32,000 nucleotides of DNA from Candidatus Saccharimonadota bacterium (GTDB lineage: Bacteria > Patescibacteriota > Saccharimonadia > Saccharimonadales > UBA4665). A program made the translations under genes and the position numbers. Below the pieces are notes generated by a model. It was not told the DNA's origin, searched no databases, and saw nothing but the letters and a program-made list of their open reading frames with translations. Within the stretch, counting starts at the first letter, position 1. Every line of letters begins with the position of its first letter. Location: the NCBI GenBank assembly GCA_016699955.1, contig CP064993.1, positions 360,001 through 392,000 of the forward strand, given 5' to 3'. Below, piece after piece: positions 25,901-32,000 of this stretch.

Positions 25901-26219
25901 TTTGCTTTGATCCAGTAAAACCTCGTCCGAGCTTGTTTTGCTCGTCTTGCGCTGCGTTTGGCTGGTCTGCCGAACTTCCGCCAGCATCCTCTTTATCACG
26001 TAGGGTATCTGGGCTGTCGGCTGCACGGTTGTTTTCGGCTAGTTGTTTTGCAGTCGGCTGTTCCCGGCGGGCGTTACCGGCATGTCCGTCTGGCGAGCTT
26101 TTATATAGGCGTTCAAGTTGGTCGGTTTCTGCTTCGGCACGTTCGGGGTGAACACCTAAATCATCGTGGCTCCCTGGTACGTATTGTTTGGTTGTTTCTG
26201 GGTCGTATACGCGAGGCAT
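22959..26219 (-). CDS. 1086-aa bitopic membrane protein of unknown core function with a C-terminal M15/LAS-type zinc peptidase domain
   Basis: Charged, disordered-looking N-terminal ~120 aa, the TM helix WLIAGAGGAVGGLVAVIVIVMLFLSSLGL and a long Gly/Ala/Ser-rich ectodomain. The C-terminal CHSAGSQHGRGQAVDFG ... GNHWHYS fits the H-x6-D ... H-x-H LAS metallopeptidase pattern. Confidence 0.6.
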   Translation of the reverse strand: MPRVYDPETTKQYVPGSHDDLGVHPERAEAETDQLERLYKSSPDGHAGNARREQPTAKQLAENNRAADSPDTLRDKEDAGGSSADQPNAAQDEQNKLGRGFTGSKQKLKGSNSLVKKGSKKWLIAGAGGAVGGLVAVIVIVMLFLSSLGLPNFMQNVMKYSFARFSRQLATTSVLSTQEALAVQAADGRVKTALKKRFGPTIDRFEKWRPQKVLENIGETKGLHFYYGGSDGATLTKIAYGSDTYGIKQPPGVLDIKGNLKDPLRFGGYVENAKIQATILRAVREDMKLTNVNFLVRAKAMENLRSRIGANLAGRILSRYSGLDKDSAALKAARDRAAVVSGAQFVAEPPATAVLKDGAIAASEAEKAVLASDELLDDTLKKNGVADKIIRDVEATGGAALGEGALGTTLSFINTGFAIALPLCIIYDGSMEKAGSTIDQQSNQQQLAFYDTMAVSAQQMHGSRSDVSDPVALATAVGATNDQFGDYSNSNAMQRAAGKTPNTSDSPRAQANAMGTYDYSILNALNIAPGGVAGNAVNKLVSGGCSAITDMRTVVGLAAGNILLDIFTGGGKVLLEKGVEKGVTSFITSYIKLKFTSMLETAVAKSIIKKTAKDSLSTVETNSITRMARFVIGSKALGVGAVKQGAIIGGTYGLTELARLITYTRAGQLTSGLSMGTDNANNVDSGGIIAGNEASRSITFGAPLTPESIVLSQQADAIYLADQQKNLSFFTRYFALTNAGSLASRMAIGMKISLNSGLLQTISNIGTTILNPLRYFGSFINNLSPTVKAQAAGSDSYYGNTQFGWTEQEEALIINNQDKYGMAINKEYLRLSGRSDDIAANYGKCFTSSLGELFSQRMIERDDRGDVVDNPELPCSPSNLGRNNTQGFGDLVFRWRLDGRYENSFAHLEDLSKVTTGVAPVGSNSPTGSDLGAPVGTADVAALAKQILALRDSGKITIADYSSNKAADSATRSLASQQLEDMAAGKPVGITTRCAYQMPATITPHPSLLKFLVDYGNQYHYKINSLFGQCHSAGSQHGRGQAVDFGCPANVQLGDSIGQKYNVVRFLGESCGGPGNHWHYSLGRTP

Positions 26220-26227
26220 GGTAACTC

Positions 26228-28153
26228 CTACGAAAGATTATTCGTGCTCCCTGGGTATAATTGGTTTTGAAGATCGATTGTTCCCTGGGGCTGGGTCATT
26301 TCACCCTGCCTCATGGCTTGAACCTGTTGTGGGTTGGTGGTAATGAGGCTGGTTTCGGTGGGGCTTGCAACTATTTGCACATGAACGTGATTCTGGCCAG
26401 CAAAGAACAGCCCCTGTCCCACGGGGAATTGGCCGAGCCGTTTCTTTTCTTCTTCGGTGAGCTTAAAAACATCGCTCAGAACATCAACCGCACTACTGGA
26501 TTGTTTCAAGAGAATTTGCATACTCGCATTTGCCACAATGGCGCGACCCATCCGAGATCCCATGAAATCCTCTACATCTTGTGTAATAGTGGTAATGCCC
26601 AAGTTATATTTTCGAGCGCGTTTAGCGAGGCTGAAGAGGAAGTTTGCGCTGTCTTCGTATTTCATGAGCTGCCACGCCTCGTCAACAATCAAAATACGCT
26701 TCTTTTGGTCACCTTTTGTCTTGTTCCAGATGTAGTTTAATACAATATACATGGCAACTGGCCGGAGCTCATCTTCGAGGTCACGTATGTTAAACACAAC
26801 CAGCGGATTGTTGATATTAATATTGCTTTGTTGACTGAATATTCCAGCAAATGTACCACTGGTGTATTTGCGCAGCCTTTGAGCAAGCTGCGGCCCACTA
26901 CCGCCCATATGGAGGAGCGTGTCGTACAAATCGGCTATAGTGGGTGGTAACGACGAATGGGTCAGGGGGTCTTGGGTGATGCCAGCCTTTGCGTAGGTGT
27001 CAATAAGCGCCGCGTCAAGGTCTGCCTCCTCTGCTGGTGAAAGCGCTGGTGCAAGCGTGCTGTTTCCTCCAAGCATTTGGGCTTGAGCGCCGCCCATCAT
27101 CAGACGCAATAAACCATGCAGAGTTATGAGGTTAGAGCGCAAGGCATTATCTGCCTCCTCGTTATCAACAACTTGGGGTAGGTCAAACGGATTAATTCTT
27201 GTTGCAGAGTTAAGGCTGAGCCGGACGTAGGCACCCGCGACCGCATCGCACATGCGTTCGTACTCGTTCTCGGGGTCAATAATGAAAATTTCGGTTCCAA
27301 ACATGAGGCTCCGCAAGGCTTCAAGTTTTACTGCAAAGCTTTTTCCTGCGCCAGACTTGGCGAACACGACTGAGTTGCCGTTTTCGAGACTGAATCTGTC
27401 AAAAATGACCAATCCTGAGTTGTGCATATTGATGCCATATAAAATGCCGTTATCCTGGCTGAGATCGGCGCTGGTGAACGGGAAGCTGGTACTGATAGCG
27501 CCGGTGCTCATGTTGCGGTGAATTTGTAGCTGATCCATCATTTGCGGCACAACACTGTTGAGTCCTTGTTCTTGCTGGGAAGTCGCGGCTTTGCTGTAGA
27601 CAAGCTGCTGGCCAAGCATACTTTCTACCTTATGGCTGACAAACTCAAGCTCGTCTTGGCTGCTGGCGTAAATGGTAAAGTACAGACCAAACCTAAAGAA
27701 GAGTTCTTCGCCCACCTGCAACTTGTCGCGCATTTCTTCGGCGTCGAGAATAGCAGCTTGTTTACCCGGGTCACGTACACGACCCTTCTCGGCATCTATT
27801 TGTAAGCCTGCTTCAAGCTGAGTAACTTTTTTGCGAAGGTTTTCAAGCACAACCTGGCTTTCCACGGGGTATACGTATATAGAAAGATCCATCACTTCGT
27901 CTAAATTGACGAGGCCGCTCAGCCAGCCGGTATAGATTTGACGGGGGTACCCATAGACGTAGTAGGTGCGGGCTAGTCGTGTGCCAATCTGAAAGTATGT
28001 GCTAAAGAACTCAATACTGCTCGGTGCTATGAAGTCGCGGAGCGCCGTAATGCCCTTGCGAAAAGCCTCGCTAACCTCTGCCTGCTCACGCGCCTGCTGA
28101 TTTTGGGCGAGCGAAACCGGGTCAATAGCGGGCTGTTTCTTGCCAAAAGCCAT
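26228..28153 (-). CDS. virB4: VirB4/TraE/PrgJ-family type IV secretion ATPase
   Basis: Walker A is FAKSGAGKSFAVK and Walker B is KRILIVDEAWQLM. Also has ITTITQDVEDF and the N-terminal domain pattern FIAPSSIEF...RTYYVYGYPRQIYTGWL. AGGAGG SD upstream. Confidence 0.88.
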   Translation of the reverse strand: MAFGKKQPAIDPVSLAQNQQAREQAEVSEAFRKGITALRDFIAPSSIEFFSTYFQIGTRLARTYYVYGYPRQIYTGWLSGLVNLDEVMDLSIYVYPVESQVVLENLRKKVTQLEAGLQIDAEKGRVRDPGKQAAILDAEEMRDKLQVGEELFFRFGLYFTIYASSQDELEFVSHKVESMLGQQLVYSKAATSQQEQGLNSVVPQMMDQLQIHRNMSTGAISTSFPFTSADLSQDNGILYGINMHNSGLVIFDRFSLENGNSVVFAKSGAGKSFAVKLEALRSLMFGTEIFIIDPENEYERMCDAVAGAYVRLSLNSATRINPFDLPQVVDNEEADNALRSNLITLHGLLRLMMGGAQAQMLGGNSTLAPALSPAEEADLDAALIDTYAKAGITQDPLTHSSLPPTIADLYDTLLHMGGSGPQLAQRLRKYTSGTFAGIFSQQSNININNPLVVFNIRDLEDELRPVAMYIVLNYIWNKTKGDQKKRILIVDEAWQLMKYEDSANFLFSLAKRARKYNLGITTITQDVEDFMGSRMGRAIVANASMQILLKQSSSAVDVLSDVFKLTEEEKKRLGQFPVGQGLFFAGQNHVHVQIVASPTETSLITTNPQQVQAMRQGEMTQPQGTIDLQNQLYPGSTNNLS

Positions 28154-28260
28154 TTAGCCAACCTCCTGTCTTACGCACAAAGGGCAACATACAAGAGACA
28201 AGAACGAAGTCTTGTAATGCGTCCTACTAACCCATAAACCAAAACTCAAAACGCTTTTGT

Positions 28261-29130
28261 TCATTGGAGCTCCCTCTGCAAATGTTCCTGTGGTGCCATG
28301 CCTTGGCCTTTCTGAACGACTTCGGCAGTAAGGTCGTTAAAATTTTTCAGCTGTTGGCGCGTAGCGGTGTCTGGGTTGTATGTGTCGTAGTACAACTCGA
28401 TCAGCTCCTGTGTATCAAGAGGCAAGCCTTGTATGCCACACTGTTGCAAGCCACCAAGTACGGATTGAACGCGGTTTCGCAGCTCGTCTTTTGCTTTGGC
28501 AAGGTCAGGCTCATTAATCACAACATGGTTTTCAGTTTTATTAAACAAATCAATAAAACCATTGAAGAAGTTTTTACTTTGTGTGATTGCCTTTTCTGGG
28601 CCAGCAGCGGGTTCGAACGGGACGACTATATAGAATTTTTTGTCCATAATGTTAGTCTGTAAAGCTAACTGATCTATATAACCGATGTAATCGTCCATGA
28701 GTAAGGCAAGTAGCATGTTGTCGTGCTCAGTGCGGATTTTGTCTAGTTTCTCTATGTAAGGCTGAAGGTCTACTTTTTGCGAACGTATAAATATTTGCAT
28801 AGGGAAATATAGTGAGTTCAAAAAGCCCTGGTAGGCATATTCAGTACTCTCTTGTTCCTGGGGACTCATCAGGTCAAAATTGATGCTTTTGACCATAACA
28901 ACGGCTCGGTATGTCCCGTCGTTCATGATGACAATGCCATCGCGTATCTCGGCAATCTGAAGGGTGTTCTGCGTGCTGTTTGCGGGGGGCTGTGTTCCCT
29001 TGCCTGCTGAACCAGGGGCTGGTGCTATAGCCATGTGCGGTGGCTGAGGCGGCACGGGCTGAGGGTATGCGGCCGCAGCCATACCTTGAGAAGGCGTCTG
29101 TGGTGTGTATGGTTGCTGGTTTGGGTCCAT
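28261..29130 (-). CDS. 289-aa protein with Pro/Gln-rich N-terminus and a region resembling the VirB4 N-terminal domain, with no ATPase motifs
   Basis: IAEIRDGIVIMNDGTYRAVVMVKSINFDLMSPQEQESTEYAYQGFLNSLYFPMQIFIRSQKVD follows the same residue pattern as N-termini of Gram-positive VirB4 homologs. There is no Walker A or B. Confidence 0.45.
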   Translation of the reverse strand: MDPNQQPYTPQTPSQGMAAAAYPQPVPPQPPHMAIAPAPGSAGKGTQPPANSTQNTLQIAEIRDGIVIMNDGTYRAVVMVKSINFDLMSPQEQESTEYAYQGFLNSLYFPMQIFIRSQKVDLQPYIEKLDKIRTEHDNMLLALLMDDYIGYIDQLALQTNIMDKKFYIVVPFEPAAGPEKAITQSKNFFNGFIDLFNKTENHVVINEPDLAKAKDELRNRVQSVLGGLQQCGIQGLPLDTQELIELYYDTYNPDTATRQQLKNFNDLTAEVVQKGQGMAPQEHLQRELQ

Positions 29131-29154
29131 GCCTTTTGCTCCACCTTGGATGAC

Positions 29155-30291
29155 TTAGCGAAGAGATATCACAACTTCGTCGTCATCATGCCTTGTTTCT
29201 TTTGTTACCTGACGAGCGAGCGTTGCAATATTTAAATCATCATTACTTGCTAGGTTCATTATAGCAGCCCGCTTCTCTGAAGTCACTTGTGCTTTTTGGC
29301 GTTCTGCCAGCTGACGCTCTGCTTCTATGGCGGCATTTTCTTGAGCAATGCGACGCTGCTCCTCGGCAATTTCCGCCGGAGTTTTTATGTGTTTCAAATG
29401 GTCATTGGTGCTAGCCCGCGATTGATGGGCTTCCTTCAGCTGCTGTACCAACGCTTCCTCGTCGGCGGTAGGTGAAGCTGCTTGAGTAACAATGGGGGGT
29501 TCATTTGCCACGGGCATACCGGGCGACACAACTGCTGCGCTCGCAAACGTCGCTTGACCATTGACGGGTGTCGGTTGATGCATGAACCAGTAGTCGTTTT
29601 GCGGCTGCGTTGTTTGTTGAGTTGGCGTGGACTGTGACGCGGGGTCTGTCTGCATCTGCTGCATGAGCTGCTGGCGCTGGGAAGCAGCCGCGGTTTGTAT
29701 CATACTGTCAAAATGTTGAGCTATTGGGTTTGCCAGTGGGTCAAGCATGTCGTCGGTTGCACTGACATCGACACCACTAACTTCTTGTGGCAGCATTGAG
29801 CCGTCAACCAAGCGGTCAGAAGGAGCCACATTTTGATGCAGTCCGACGTCGAGGGTAACATTGACATTTTTTACCGCCCAACCTCGGCTATCAATTGTGT
29901 CAGCCAGTGCGTGCAGACGACTCCGTACTTCCGTTTGGCTCAGACCATTTGTCAGGTTGCGCTCAACCTTTTTGGGCACAGTAATTGTAACCAGTTCTTT
30001 TGCTCCACTTTGATCCCAAATGCGCTTTCGTGGCTTAAGATAGAAGCGCAACTTTGCTAGTGCCCAGACCTCAGTCGGCTGGTCTCCGTGCCACGGTATT
30101 GCTAAAAAACCGGTAAAAAGCGCGGGCGGTATAAACAGAATCAACAGAAATCCGACATTTTTTGTAACGGCAAAAAACGAGAGGTACATAAAAAATGCTG
30201 AAATTGCCGCATAAATGAATTGCCTGAGCGTCAGTGGCCCGACTAGCGTGTCTTCCGATTCAATATCCTGTAAAACCTTATACGTCGCCAT
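29155..30291 (-). CDS. PrgI-family (VirB3-like) T4SS membrane protein with a long Gln/Ala/Glu-rich C-terminal extension
   Basis: The N-terminal YKVLQDIESEDTLVGPLTLRQFIYAAISAFFMYLSFF plus a second TM matches the PrgI-family pattern. It sits immediately upstream of the virB4 region, as in Gram-positive conjugation loci. Confidence 0.65.
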   Translation of the reverse strand: MATYKVLQDIESEDTLVGPLTLRQFIYAAISAFFMYLSFFAVTKNVGFLLILFIPPALFTGFLAIPWHGDQPTEVWALAKLRFYLKPRKRIWDQSGAKELVTITVPKKVERNLTNGLSQTEVRSRLHALADTIDSRGWAVKNVNVTLDVGLHQNVAPSDRLVDGSMLPQEVSGVDVSATDDMLDPLANPIAQHFDSMIQTAAASQRQQLMQQMQTDPASQSTPTQQTTQPQNDYWFMHQPTPVNGQATFASAAVVSPGMPVANEPPIVTQAASPTADEEALVQQLKEAHQSRASTNDHLKHIKTPAEIAEEQRRIAQENAAIEAERQLAERQKAQVTSEKRAAIMNLASNDDLNIATLARQVTKETRHDDDEVVISLR

Positions 30292-30300
30292 ATTGGTTAT

Positions 30301-30306
30301 AGTATA
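30301..30306 (-). promoter_or_regulatory. -10-like TATACT 9 nt upstream of the prgI-like ATG (candidate short-leader or leaderless promoter)
   Basis: The minus strand reads caggTATACTataaccaatATG, with no SD. Confidence 0.3.
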
Positions 30307-30468
30307 CCTGAAAATCTCGCTTCCAGAGCTAATTTCCAGAGGCCTAGCCTCTTAGCCTCCAGGCCCCTGGGCCCCTTGGCGCATTCTTAGTGGGAATTTT
30401 CCGAAACTCTCACCTGTCAGAGCTCTGGCCTCTGAAGCCCTGTAGCCCATGGTTCTTGGAACAAACAA

Positions 30469-32000
30469 TTATGATGTCGGTTGTGGACCGGGTTGCCCAG
30501 GGCCGGTCCCTTGCGGACCACCTGGCTGACCCACCATTTGACCTTGACGAGAGTCCCACTCTTTACGCCTATCCATGAATATTGGATCGGAAGATGCTCG
30601 GAGCTGCTCTTCGCGTTGACGAATAGAAATAGTAGCTCCGGTATTTGGATCGGTGTATCCTGATGGTTGTGAGGCTAAGTAGTCTGCGAGCAGATCCTTG
30701 TTCTCGCTATTGTAATAATTTACTGCTTCGCGGAAACTGGCGATATCGGCCATAATCTTCTTTTCCTCATCTTCGTCTATTGAGCCATCTGCACGTATTG
30801 CGCCCTGGTACCGAGCCTGTAGGTGCTTCGCAACCCCTTCAATCGTCTCCTTGCGTGCTCCTGCTAAGGAGCTGAACTGCATTTGGGTAACGGCGGATTC
30901 ATACATCTGGCTTGCATCGTTCATAGTTACGGCTCGTCCCTGTCCTCCGTTACTAGCTCGGAGCTCATGGAACTTCGTCAATAGATCACCGTGGCTAATG
31001 CTGCTAAATTCTTGCCGTTGAGCCTGCTTAATCGTGGCCGTCGCCTGTGCATCCGTCCAGAGGCCAGCCTGAACCATGTCCTCAACATCCTGCAGCATTT
31101 CACGCATTCCTGCTTCGCCCTCACCGTAGACAGTTTTAGATTGGACTTTTGATGCCCCAGCTACTCTTGTCATCGTGCCTGACCCTAATTGAGTTTTTAG
31201 CCCGGCCTCCAGCTCGGCTAAGGCTCGTAGGGCATCATCTCGGCTACGGGTTCTCCCTGCTGCAGTGGCTGAGCTAAGATAGGTACTAACAAAGTGCTCT
31301 TCCATCTCTCCTCGTGATTTCCCGACCCTACCTTGCGCGACACCCAAGCCTACATCATGAGCAGCCCTGAGGCCGAAGTCATCGTCTGTTGAATGGAGAA
31401 CGTCATTCTTTCTGGCTTCAGCAGCGGCTTGCTCTGACAGCGATGTACGTATTGCTTGTCGGCCGTGTTTTGATATCAGTCCCCTTATGCCCACGCCTGG
31501 GTCCCCCGCGGCACGTGCATATGCTGCAGTTTGTGCGACAATGCCTTCGCCACGGCGAGCCTGTGCATATTCGTTAAAGCGCTGCTTGCGGGAATTCTGA
31601 CGGAAGTTACTCATACGGTCGAAAACACCCTTACTTTTGTCATTGGCAAGCGAGAAAATGGTGCTCAGAAGTCCGCCGGCCAGTTTGAATCCTAGTGGTA
31701 GCAAGAAGTACGGGCCAAAGTAGAGGAGTAGTATAAACAGGTAGTTTCCTGCTTCTATGGCGGTAGCAACCCTAGCCATCACTTCGCCAGCGGCAAGTAG
31801 CCCCATGATAATGGGAAACATTACTAGCGAAGATATGAAGGTAGTCTTCCAAAAAGACCAAAGTTTTTGTGTTCCTGGCAGTACATAAGCAGCAATTGCC
31901 AGGGGAGCAAACAGAATACACAAGGCAATAATTACCCATCGAATAGCTAGTGTAATCAACCCCACGATAATTGCCAGCAGGAGTGTCCCCAGTAGACTCA
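30469..32000 (-). CDS. VirB6/TrbL/PrgH-like polytopic membrane protein with a large soluble C-terminal domain (5' end outside the window)
   Basis: The frame stays open to base 32000 (…SLLGTLLLAIIVGLITLAIRWVIIALC…). At least 5 TM helices are followed by a ~370-aa hydrophilic domain ending in a Gly/Pro/Gln-rich tail. Its position upstream of prgI-like and virB4 supports the call. Confidence 0.55.
   Translation of the reverse strand, partial: SLLGTLLLAIIVGLITLAIRWVIIALCILFAPLAIAAYVLPGTQKLWSFWKTTFISSLVMFPIIMGLLAAGEVMARVATAIEAGNYLFILLLYFGPYFLLPLGFKLAGGLLSTIFSLANDKSKGVFDRMSNFRQNSRKQRFNEYAQARRGEGIVAQTAAYARAAGDPGVGIRGLISKHGRQAIRTSLSEQAAAEARKNDVLHSTDDDFGLRAAHDVGLGVAQGRVGKSRGEMEEHFVSTYLSSATAAGRTRSRDDALRALAELEAGLKTQLGSGTMTRVAGASKVQSKTVYGEGEAGMREMLQDVEDMVQAGLWTDAQATATIKQAQRQEFSSISHGDLLTKFHELRASNGGQGRAVTMNDASQMYESAVTQMQFSSLAGARKETIEGVAKHLQARYQGAIRADGSIDEDEEKKIMADIASFREAVNYYNSENKDLLADYLASQPSGYTDPNTGATISIRQREEQLRASSDPIFMDRRKEWDSRQGQMVGQPGGPQGTGPGQPGPQPTS

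Noticed and set aside
986-26740. Many 60-165-aa ORFs in the track lie nested antisense or out of frame inside longer genes. Examples: 986-1180, 2553-2870, 3458-3646, 4323-5097, 5724-6194, 7213-7500, 8074-8517, 10074-10343, 10615-12870, 13660-14547, 16024-16338, 17921-18121, 18803-19033, 20447-21489, 21590-22005, 22919-26224, 26261-27805, 28264-28662 and 29287-31577.
   Set aside because: Each lies fully within a longer ORF that has recognisable family motifs. Their translations are low-complexity or Arg/Ser/Cys-rich, as expected for shadow frames, and none has a start context.
28198-28215. Hairpin ACAAGA-acgaag-TCTTGT in the 107-bp gap upstream of virB4.
   Set aside because: It is a 6-bp AU-rich stem with only a weakly U-rich tail, and virB4 has its own strong SD. 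That is not enough to call a terminator or attenuator.
19601-32000. Integrative conjugative element or prophage interpretation of the T4SS-like block.
   Set aside because: No integrase, relaxase, coupling protein, att-like direct repeats, tRNA target or phage structural genes are visible in the window. This cannot be excluded, because the block continues past base 32000.

Overview
All calls come from reading the sequence and ORF track and from motif recognition; no database or HMM search was run. This is a compact, almost fully coding window centred on a chromosomal replication origin. rpmH-rnpA-yidC-jag lie on the minus strand and dnaA-dnaN-recF on the plus strand, with DnaA-box clusters on both sides of dnaA.

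Left arm (1-7893): an ABC-transporter-dependent glycan locus with a GDP-D-rhamnose-type pathway. It holds a methyltransferase tail, wzt/tagH-like ATPase split by a 1-nt frameshift, wzm-like permease, rmd-like reductase, an unusual 722-aa Nudix+HAD fusion, gmd and a GT4 glycosyltransferase.

Accessory patch (7831-13340): two tandem, diverged paralogs of a small membrane-anchored 4-Cys protein, a degenerate copy of the GT4 3' tail marking a segmental duplication, an intact 1101-bp IS with perfect 20-bp inverted repeats and an 8-bp target duplication, and a ~995-aa secreted SGNH/GDSL hydrolase with Ca-binding-like repeats and a C-terminal anchor.

Right arm (19601-32000, all minus strand, head-on to the origin): a Gram-positive-type type IV secretion-like block. 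It holds a VirB6-like polytopic protein, PrgI/VirB3-like protein, a stand-alone protein resembling the VirB4 N-terminal domain, the VirB4 ATPase, a 1086-aa membrane protein ending in an M15/LAS peptidase, a lysozyme+amidase+NlpC/P60-like hydrolase, and two small anchored proteins.

The gene content and compactness resemble a small-genome, Gram-positive-type episymbiont (Patescibacteria/Saccharibacteria-like); that is inference only. Several first genes of transcription units carry a TATACT/TATAAT box 6-9 nt from the ATG with no Shine-Dalgarno sequence, which suggests leaderless transcripts. No tRNA, rRNA or CRISPR array was recognised.
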